DNA from: Chryseobacterium gleum
Lineage (GTDB): Bacteria > Bacteroidota > Bacteroidia > Flavobacteriales_D > Sanyastnellaceae
Assembly: GCA_943330925.2 (NCBI GenBank)
Contig: CALQJP020000001.1
Coordinates: 1-35,448, forward strand
DNA length: 35,448 nucleotides
Direction of reading: 5' to 3'
Below are positions 1 to 6,499 of this stretch, one piece after another. Within the stretch, counting starts at the first letter, position 1; every line of letters starts with the position of its first letter. Both the position numbers and the translations under genes were made by a program. The notes below the pieces were generated by a model. The model was not told the origin of the DNA and searched no databases. It saw nothing but the letters and a program-made list of their open reading frames with translations.

Positions 1-329
1 AAACCGAAGAGTCTGCAGATAAGTCCGCGGTTGGGGTATGCATTGCACATGCCACCGAAATTGGTGATGTGCGGACGAAACACGTAGCAGAGACTATGAC
101 TGTTGGTCTGCAGTTCTTCCCATGCTTGTTCGGCTCTTCCTTCATCGAAAAGCTCTAGAGCCAGCGGCAGAAACTCGAGCGGAGTGCACTCGATATCGGG
201 TTTTTTGCAACACTCACCGCATCCCGAAAGGCAATGCAATCCCGAGGATTGCTGCATCGAGGCAATCTCTTTGTCGAGTCGGGCATACACCCGTTTTACA
301 GCAGTTACTTTTTCAGGAAGCGATTTCAT
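1..329 (-). CDS. YkgJ-family (UPF0153) Cys-cluster zinc/iron-chelating protein, partial; the C-terminus runs off the window start
   Basis: Absent from the ORF track because it is open at the window edge. Manual reverse-strand translation from the ATG (complement of 327-329) gives MKSLPEKVTAVKRVYARLDKEIASMQQSSGLHCLSGCGECCKKPDIECTPLEFLPLALELFDEGRAEQAWEEL..., which has the CxxCxxCC cluster. No stop occurs before position 1. Confidence 0.6.
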   Translation of the reverse strand, partial: MKSLPEKVTAVKRVYARLDKEIASMQQSSGLHCLSGCGECCKKPDIECTPLEFLPLALELFDEGRAEQAWEELQTNSHSLCYVFRPHITNFGGMCNAYPNRGLICRLFG

Positions 330-384
330 GGTGTGAAATTACCACGGATGTTCTGTTTTCTTCAGCACATTTCTAATAGGCTTA

Positions 385-437
385 TCTCTGTGACCTCTGT
401 GTTCTATGCGGTAAATTAACCACAGAGGGCACAGAGG
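385..437. repeat. Imperfect 17-bp inverted repeat built from CTCTGTG-type words; possible terminator of the SRPBCC gene
   Basis: TCTCTGTGACCTCTGTG (385-401) pairs with CACAGAGGGCACAGAGG (421-437) at about 15 of 17 positions, with a 19-nt loop. It lies between two minus-strand genes. Confidence 0.5.
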
Positions 438-468
438 ACACGGGGATGAATAGTTAGATCACGATGGA

Positions 469-930
469 TTAACTCGGGAAAATGCGGTTGATGACGGTGG
501 TGCGATAATCGAAGATGCCTTGTAATTTATTCTTAACCCAAAGCGCGTGCACGATGCGCCCTAAAGGGCCAAAGGGCATCGCATAATTGACGATGTCGGT
601 CATGAGCACATGGTCGCCTTTGTCTTCGAAGATGTGCTGATGATGCCAAAAGGCATACGGGCCAAAGCGTTGTTCATCCACAAAGAAATGCTTGTCTTCG
701 CTCTGCGAAATTTCGGTTGTCCAGCCGAATGACATGAACGGTGCAGGTTGTATTTTGTAATTGATAATCATACCTGCATGCATCTTCTTTCCGGAAACAT
801 TGGTCAGTATTTTAAACCTCATGTCATCGGGTGTGATTTCATCCAGGTTCTCCGGACGCGAGAAATAATCCCATGCTTTTTCAAGAGTGGTGTTCAGAAT
901 GGTTTTTCTTTCGAGCGTGTACACTTTCAT
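469..930 (-). CDS. SRPBCC-superfamily (START/Bet v1-like, polyketide-cyclase-like) protein
   Basis: ORF 469..960. I prefer the internal Met (MKVYTLERKTILNTTLEKAWDYFSRPENLDEITP...) because family members typically begin this way. Size and composition fit a small ligand-binding SRPBCC fold. Confidence 0.6.
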   Translation of the reverse strand: MKVYTLERKTILNTTLEKAWDYFSRPENLDEITPDDMRFKILTNVSGKKMHAGMIINYKIQPAPFMSFGWTTEISQSEDKHFFVDEQRFGPYAFWHHQHIFEDKGDHVLMTDIVNYAMPFGPLGRIVHALWVKNKLQGIFDYRTTVINRIFPS

Positions 931-991
931 TTTCTTACGGTTTGCTTCAAAAACCGACAAGAAGGTTGAATGTTCGACCGGGAGACATGAA

Positions 992-2110
992 TCAGTATTT
1001 CTTTAGCAGTTCGAGCGCTTCTTCCAGCTCTTCCGGGGTGTTTACATTTTCGAGCTTTTCGGGCTTGCTTGCTATTATCACCTTTGCTTCCGTTTGAATG
1101 AGCACTTTGCGCGGGCATGAATAACCCAGGCCGATGAACGACATGATCATGGGCATGGATTTCGGCTCCCAGATGGCAATGAGAGGCTCCGGAAATTGAT
1201 CGAACGGACTCTGAAATGACGTTGCGGTGTGAACGGTGGATCGATGGGCGAGGAGCTCCTCTAAAATTTCTCGGTCGAGAAAGGGAACGTCGCTGGCCAG
1301 CACGAGCCAAGCTGTGTCGGGTTCTGTCATGAATGCCGAAGCTATGCCACCGAGTGGACCAAGGTCGAGCATCCGGTCGGCGATGGTGCGAAACCCTTGC
1401 TCCTGGTAATATGCACTTTGCTCCTGACGGCAGGAAAGGGCGGGTTCCAATCCCATTTCCTCACACAAAGCATAGAGGTGCGCGAACTGAGGTTTGCCGT
1501 GATACGCAATGTGTGTTTTGTCTTTCCCCATGCGCACGCTTTTGCCACCCGACATGATGAGGGCTTTCACACGTGCAGGGGCCATAATTTGTTGACGCAA
1601 CAGAGGCAACAGGTCAACTATGTTTTGTTCGTTGAGTACAGGCACTTCTGCCCAGTGAGGCACAACTTCTTTCACGAATTCGGGAACTTGAAGGCAACGT
1701 TGTGTAGTAATGATGGCTATTACATGCGTTAGTTGTGATGCCCTTTTGCGAAGAGAAGCTTCTTTGTCGGGGTCGCACAAAATGATTTGATGCGCTGCTT
1801 CAAAGTGATTGCCGTTCACAACGACTAAATCTGCTTGTGAGAGTGCTATGTGCCGACTTACCATTTCCGGTGTTGCGCGCAGGTGGGTTGAAATGGACGA
1901 CTGATTGTCGGTCCATCGTTGAATCGAATCGGATGTTGTTTCAGGATGATGATTCGCATCGGCATACACCACAGAAGCCGGCATTAGCGCCTTGCAAAGG
2001 AGGTTGGCCCATTGACCAATGATGTCGCAATTCGTGCCGAGCAGGGCAAGCTCATTGCGAGCAAAATTCCCCAAGGAAGGCCTTTTCAGGTCGGCGTGTT
2101 TTTTATGCAT
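992..2110 (-). CDS. MobA-like NTP transferase (molybdenum cofactor guanylyl/cytidylyltransferase-like) with an N-terminal extension of about 165 aa that resembles MobB but lacks a P-loop
   Basis: The C-terminal half has MobA signatures LIMSGGKSVRMGKDK and LVLASDVPFLD. I trimmed the start to MHKKHADLK (ATG at complement of 2108-2110) because the track's longer ORF would run through moaC. It overlaps the moaC stop by 8 nt. Confidence 0.65.
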   Translation of the reverse strand: MHKKHADLKRPSLGNFARNELALLGTNCDIIGQWANLLCKALMPASVVYADANHHPETTSDSIQRWTDNQSSISTHLRATPEMVSRHIALSQADLVVVNGNHFEAAHQIILCDPDKEASLRKRASQLTHVIAIITTQRCLQVPEFVKEVVPHWAEVPVLNEQNIVDLLPLLRQQIMAPARVKALIMSGGKSVRMGKDKTHIAYHGKPQFAHLYALCEEMGLEPALSCRQEQSAYYQEQGFRTIADRMLDLGPLGGIASAFMTEPDTAWLVLASDVPFLDREILEELLAHRSTVHTATSFQSPFDQFPEPLIAIWEPKSMPMIMSFIGLGYSCPRKVLIQTEAKVIIASKPEKLENVNTPEELEEALELLKKY

Positions 2111-2582
2111 TGCGTTGGTAGTCGTTTTTGCCGCCCGATTTTTCCAGCAGTTGAATGGAGCTAATCGTAATGTCATGCGATAGAGCCTTGCACATGTCGT
2201 AGATGGTGAGCGCAGCAACAGAAACAGCCGTGAGGGCTTCCATTTCTACACCCGTTTTGCCGAAGGTGCGCACTTCGCTTTCAATTACTGCAGTGTGGTT
2301 GTCCAATTCAATCTTGATTTGAACCTTGTCGATCGGCAGGGCGTGACAAAGCGGAATGAGATCAGCTGTTTTTTTAGCGCCCATGATGCCCGCGAGAATG
2401 GCAGTTTGAAACACCGGACCTTTTGGGAGGTGCAATTCACGATCGACCAATCTGCTTGCGATGTCCTCACCGAGAAGCACGTGCGCCCGAGCTTTCGCAG
2501 TGCGCTGCGATGCAGTTTTTGAAGAAACATCCACCATGTTCGCTTGGTTGTCGGGGGAGAGGTGAGAGAATTCCGATTTCAT
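2103..2582 (-). CDS. moaC: Cyclic pyranopterin monophosphate synthase MoaC
   Basis: 159 aa with a family-typical sequence: ...VDVSSKTASQRTAKA..., LIPLCHALPIDKV, GKTGVEMEALTAVSVAALTIYDMCKA. Confidence 0.9.
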   Translation of the reverse strand: MKSEFSHLSPDNQANMVDVSSKTASQRTAKARAHVLLGEDIASRLVDRELHLPKGPVFQTAILAGIMGAKKTADLIPLCHALPIDKVQIKIELDNHTAVIESEVRTFGKTGVEMEALTAVSVAALTIYDMCKALSHDITISSIQLLEKSGGKNDYQRNA

Positions 2583-2597
2583 ACAGCGAAGTTAGGG

Positions 2598-2655
2598 TAA
2601 AGGTGCGAGGGACGAGGTGCGAGGTGCGAAGGACGAGGAGTGAGAAGAGAGCAGG
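2598..2655. repeat. G/A-rich short-unit direct repeats (GGTGCGAGG / GACGAGG words) in the moaC-OMP divergent spacer
   Basis: The sequence reads aggtgcgagggacgaggtgcgaggtgcgaaggacgaggagtgagaagagag. GGTGCGA occurs three times and GGACGAGG twice, with strong strand asymmetry. Confidence 0.6.
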
Positions 2656-2747
2656 GGTTACTAACAGCGGGAGTTGGAAATTCGGATGGATAGTGGTCGC
2701 TATCGGCGACGTTTTGAGTTCAAATTTGTACTGATAAATTGAAAACA

Positions 2748-3263
2748 ATGAAGACAATTCGTTTCGCCGCTATGGCACTAATGGCTTTTGCTTTTACACA
2801 AGCACACTCACAATACGCTTTGCAAACCGGTAAGATGCAGTTTAATGGAGGCATTGGACTTTCCTCGTGGGGTTTGCCAATCTATGCCGGCATCGATTAT
2901 GGGTTTGATAAGAATATTTCCTTTGGAGGCGAATTGTCGTTTCGGTCTTTCAATGAGCGCATAGCAGGAGAGCGTTACAGCTCAAGCATCATCGGCATTT
3001 CCGGAAATGGAAATTACCATTTTGGTGAGATGCTCGGCATCGATGATTTATTCGATGTGTATGCCGGATTGAATCTTGGTTTTTATATCTGGAACACGTC
3101 GAGTAATTATCTTGGGTCTGGATCTACCGGATTGGGTATAGGAGCCCAGATTGGCGGCCGCTATTATTTCAAGAAGAACATGGCTGTCAACGTCGAGCTT
3201 GGAGGTGGCAACGCCTTCTCAGGCGGTAAGGTAGGTCTGAGTATCCTTCTTAATAAGAACTAG
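2748..3263 (+). CDS. Small outer-membrane beta-barrel protein (OmpW/porin-like family)
   Basis: Signal peptide MKTIRFAAMALMAFAFTQAHSQ, Gly/aromatic-rich alternating strands, and a C-terminal ...GGKVGLSILL. I chose the ATG at 2748 over the track's TTG at 2739. Confidence 0.7.
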   Translation: MKTIRFAAMALMAFAFTQAHSQYALQTGKMQFNGGIGLSSWGLPIYAGIDYGFDKNISFGGELSFRSFNERIAGERYSSSIIGISGNGNYHFGEMLGIDDLFDVYAGLNLGFYIWNTSSNYLGSGSTGLGIGAQIGGRYYFKKNMAVNVELGGGNAFSGGKVGLSILLNKN

Positions 3264-3269
3264 GCGCTG

Positions 3270-3478
3270 GCGCTCTGCTAGTAGCCGCGGTCGTGGACGC
3301 GCTGCTGCGCGTCCTTATAGTCCCTCTTGCCAAGTGAGTGCTCTGCTTTAAGCTGCTGTCGTGGACGCGCTGCTGCGCGTCCTTACGCTCTCTCTTGCCA
3401 TGCGTGCCCTCTGCTAGAGGCTGCAGTCGTGGACGCACTGCAGTGCGTCCTTACCCTCCTTTCTGCCAAGCTCACGCC
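3270..3478. repeat. REP-like cluster: three direct repeats of about 68-70 bp, each carrying a hairpin with an 8-bp stem and 4-nt loop
   Basis: Hairpins are GGACGCGC-TGCT-GCGCGTCC at 3295-3314 and 3363-3382, and GGACGCAC-TGCA-GTGCGTCC at 3431-3450. Each is preceded by GTCGT and followed by TTA. The units also share the flanks CTCTGCT and CTCTTGCCA. Confidence 0.85.
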
Positions 3479-3608
3479 TATAGATGTTAGATGATCTTGG
3501 CATATCTTATATGCCTCGGGGCATGTTTATGCCGCTTATGCCTTTCATACAGTTTCTCTCGTTTTCCTGCTAGCTATTGTTGCAGCCTGAACTAAAAAAG
3601 GAGATCGT

Positions 3609-4163
3609 ATGAGCAAACAAAAGAAACTGTACAGCAATCATTCGAGCCGCTTGCAAACATGGGACTACAGCAGATCAGGCTACTACTTTGTGACGATGAT
3701 AGTGCGAGGCAGAGAGCGTTGGTTTGGAGAGATTCGTAATGGCGTTATGCACAAGACGCCTCTTGGAGAGTTCGCTGAAATGTCATGGAAAAAGACTCTT
3801 GAACTTCGTCCATCCATGAACCTTTGGCTCGGCGAATTTGTCGTTATGCCGGATCATTTTCACGCTGTTTTGTTCATCGGTGAAAATGAGCATAATTCAG
3901 CACTTCCTTGTCTGGCTAAGCCGGAAACAACCGAGCAGGTTCTTCATACATTGAACAACCCGAAGAATGGGTTTCGCGCGCAGTCAAACAATCTTGCTTC
4001 TATTGTCAGAGGTTTCAAAGCTTCCGTAACGACTGAAGCAAGACGTCAGGGTATTCCTTTTAATTGGGTTTCCAGATATCATGACAGCATTGTGCGGAAT
4101 GCTGGGGATTTGAATTTTGTCCGCTCATATATTCAGAAGAATGTAGAAAGATGGAAGGAATGA
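3609..4163 (+). CDS. REP-associated tyrosine transposase (RAYT), IS200/Y1 HUH-transposase-like
   Basis: 184 aa with the HUH motif in MPDHFHAVLF and the C-terminal block SRYHDSIVRN...VRSYIQKNVERW typical of Y1_Tnp/COG1943 proteins. It lies immediately downstream of the REP cluster and is preceded by AAGGAG (3598-3603). Confidence 0.8.
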   Translation: MSKQKKLYSNHSSRLQTWDYSRSGYYFVTMIVRGRERWFGEIRNGVMHKTPLGEFAEMSWKKTLELRPSMNLWLGEFVVMPDHFHAVLFIGENEHNSALPCLAKPETTEQVLHTLNNPKNGFRAQSNNLASIVRGFKASVTTEARRQGIPFNWVSRYHDSIVRNAGDLNFVRSYIQKNVERWKE

Positions 4164-4273
4164 ACAGGATTTTACGGGTTATTGGCTTACATGAAGGCAA
4201 TTTGATTTGAAGTAGAACCTGTTTTGCGTTTTCCGCCTCCTCTTCCGTATTTTCGGCACACCAAACCAATTCT

Positions 4274-6475
4274 ATGAAATTCAAGTTTTCAGCCTTCGTG
4301 CTGGCTCTTTTTATATCGGTGCAATGGTGCGCACAGCAAAATCTGACCAATAATCTTATTTGGAGCGGTGGTGAGTTTTCCGGTGAGTTCGTGGGTGGAC
4401 TCAACAGCATGAACGATGGCCTTCACTACACGGCCACGGAGCCAAGCGATGCCTTCGGTGAGCGCATTGTGAAATATAGCTATGCCACAGGCACCGAAGT
4501 GGGTGTGGTGGCTACGGCTCGCGATATTTTCGGTGATGCTACCAAGTCATTTGATGGTTATGAGTTCAACAGCGATGAGCAATACCTGCTCATTCAAACA
4601 GAGTCTGAGCCTGTTTACCGCTATAGCTTTTACGCCAATTACTTCCTCTACCATATTCCAACCAAGAAGACTATTCCCCTCACCGATTTTGCCAAGGGAA
4701 AGCAAATGCTCGCGGAAGTGTCGCCCGATGGAAAGCACGTGGCCTTCGTGCGCGCAAACAATTTGTTTGTGGTGGAGATAGCCAGCATGCTGGAAACTCA
4801 AGTAACACGCGATGGCGTGATGAACAAGATTATCAATGGTGCAACCGATTGGGTGTATGAAGAAGAGTTTGCATTGGTGAAGGGCTTTGAATGGAGTCCG
4901 GCGGGGAATCGCATTGCTTACTTGCGTTTCGATGAGTCGAATGTTCGCGAGTTTTCGATGGACATCTTCGGTGAGCTCTATCCGGAGCAACAGCGTTTTA
5001 AATATCCGAAAGCAGGCGAGGCGAACAGCGTGGTGAGTCTTTTCGTTTACGACCTTTCGCTCGGGCAAAGTCGCAGGGTAGACATGGGGTCGAACACCGA
5101 TCAATACATACCGCGCATTGAGTGGTCCAAAAATAACGATCAGCTCTGTGCCATGCGCATGAACAGACATCAAAACAAGCTGGAGTTCCTGCTAACCGAT
5201 TTGATGGCGAAAAGCCTCAATACGGTTCCAACGAAAGTGATATACACGGAGCAAGCTGATACCTACATCGATGTTTCGGATGCTCTTACATTCTTGGCCG
5301 ACGGTAGCTTCATTTGGCTGAGCGAGCGCGACGGATACAATCATCTTTATCTCTTTGATGCGGCGGGTGCTGTTAAAAAGCAAATCACCAAGGGAGCTTG
5401 GGACGTCATTGACTTTTACGGCATCGATGAAAAATCGCAAACAGCCTATTTCACTTCGAGTATGGTAAGTGCCATGGAACAGCACGTGTATTCAGTGGGT
5501 TTCAAAAAGCAGCCTGCTGCACCGGTGCGCATGAGTTTGCAGAAGGGAAATAACAGCGCTGAATTCAGCAAAGGCTTCAAGTATTACATCCTCATGCACA
5601 GTGACGCCAATGCACCGACGGATTTCAGTTTGTATGACGCAAAGGGAAAGCTCATTCGTATGCTGAAGGACAATGCATTGTTGAAAGAACGCATGGCAAA
5701 GTATAACCTCACCAAGAAGGAGTTTTTCACTTTTAAGAACAATGCAGGGATCGATTTGAATTGCTGGATGATGAAGCCAACCAACTTTGATCCATCCAAA
5801 AAATATCCTGTGCTGGTTGCTATCTATGGCGGGCCGGGCAGCAATACGGTGAGCGACGCTTGGGGAGGCAGAGGTTATTTGTGGCATCAGTTGCTTTGCC
5901 AGCAGGGATACATCGTTGTGAGCTGCGACCCGCGTGGCACGCAATACAGAGGTCGTCAGTTCAAGCACAGCACCTACATGAATTTGGGTAAACTGGAAAC
6001 AGAAGACTTTATCGATTTTGCCAAGTATCTCGGAGGGCAATCGTATGTCGATGCTGCGCGCATTGGTATTCAGGGTTGGAGTTTTGGTGGGTATATGACT
6101 TCTTTGTGTATGACCAAGGGCGCAGATAATTACAAGGCAGGAATTGCAGTAGCGCCTGTAACGAACTGGAAGTATTACGACAGTATTTACACCGAGCGAT
6201 TCATGCGCACTCCTCAAGAGAACAGTGGTGGTTATGAAAACAACTCGCCCATCAATTTTGTAAAATCACTCAAGGGTAAATTCTTGTTGGTTCACGGCAG
6301 CGCCGATGACAATGTGCATTACCAGAACAGCATGGACATGATAACGGCGTTAGTTGCCGCCAACAAGCAGTTTGACATGTTCATTTATCCCAACAAGAAT
6401 CACGGTATATCGGGCGGCAATACGCGCCTGCATTTGTATACCCGCATGACTCAGTTTTTAACCGACAACCTTTAA
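4274..6475 (+). CDS. Dipeptidyl-peptidase IV (S9B family serine peptidase)
   Basis: 733 aa with signal peptide MKFKFSAFVLALFISVQWCAQ, a DPP-IV N-terminal propeller region, and the catalytic triad contexts GWSFGGY (Ser), GSADDNVH (Asp) and NKNHGI (His). Confidence 0.9.
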   Translation: MKFKFSAFVLALFISVQWCAQQNLTNNLIWSGGEFSGEFVGGLNSMNDGLHYTATEPSDAFGERIVKYSYATGTEVGVVATARDIFGDATKSFDGYEFNSDEQYLLIQTESEPVYRYSFYANYFLYHIPTKKTIPLTDFAKGKQMLAEVSPDGKHVAFVRANNLFVVEIASMLETQVTRDGVMNKIINGATDWVYEEEFALVKGFEWSPAGNRIAYLRFDESNVREFSMDIFGELYPEQQRFKYPKAGEANSVVSLFVYDLSLGQSRRVDMGSNTDQYIPRIEWSKNNDQLCAMRMNRHQNKLEFLLTDLMAKSLNTVPTKVIYTEQADTYIDVSDALTFLADGSFIWLSERDGYNHLYLFDAAGAVKKQITKGAWDVIDFYGIDEKSQTAYFTSSMVSAMEQHVYSVGFKKQPAAPVRMSLQKGNNSAEFSKGFKYYILMHSDANAPTDFSLYDAKGKLIRMLKDNALLKERMAKYNLTKKEFFTFKNNAGIDLNCWMMKPTNFDPSKKYPVLVAIYGGPGSNTVSDAWGGRGYLWHQLLCQQGYIVVSCDPRGTQYRGRQFKHSTYMNLGKLETEDFIDFAKYLGGQSYVDAARIGIQGWSFGGYMTSLCMTKGADNYKAGIAVAPVTNWKYYDSIYTERFMRTPQENSGGYENNSPINFVKSLKGKFLLVHGSADDNVHYQNSMDMITALVAANKQFDMFIYPNKNHGISGGNTRLHLYTRMTQFLTDNL

Positions 6476-6499
6476 CCGACCTAACACTCTTTGGCCATT

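Larger units (their letters stand above)
3270..4163 (+). mobile_element. REP cluster plus RAYT unit (domesticated, IS200-like, non-autonomous repeat system)
   Basis: The hairpin repeats sit directly beside the Y1 transposase gene, and the same hairpin recurs at 8789-8808. Confidence 0.6.

Noticed and set aside
103-419. Three overlapping plus-strand ORFs at the window start
   Set aside because: The minus strand over the same bases encodes an open frame with a YkgJ-type CxxCxxCC cluster and a proper ATG. The plus-strand peptides are Ser/Arg/Cys-rich with no motifs.
927-1310. 127-aa minus-strand ORF overlapping the 3' part of the MobA-like gene in another frame
   Set aside because: It is Arg/Ser/His-rich with a nonsense-like composition. 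The co-linear frame 992..2110 carries the MobA motifs.
2111-2218. N-terminal extensions offered by the ORF track (992..2218, 11386..12330, 28035..28565, 13542..15044, 33189..35273, 28477..29184, 32310..32858)
   Set aside because: Each extension overlaps the neighbouring gene or a promoter-like motif. Each also precedes an internal Met that matches the typical family N-terminus or a signal peptide, so I used the shorter starts.
2583-2747. Moco riboswitch upstream of moaC
   Set aside because: I could not recognise the conserved Moco-motif features by eye, and the region is dominated by short pyrimidine-rich repeats. It needs an Infernal scan, so it is reported only as an open question.
4547-6217. 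Long antisense ORFs inside the DPP-IV gene (4547..5173, 5192..5485, 5492..6217)
   Set aside because: The plus-strand frame encodes a complete S9B peptidase with its catalytic triad. The antisense translations have no recognisable motifs and a skewed composition. The same reasoning rejects 15074..15622, 16816..17514, 20802..21542, 29198..29710, 33735..34247, 22841..23152 and similar shadow ORFs.
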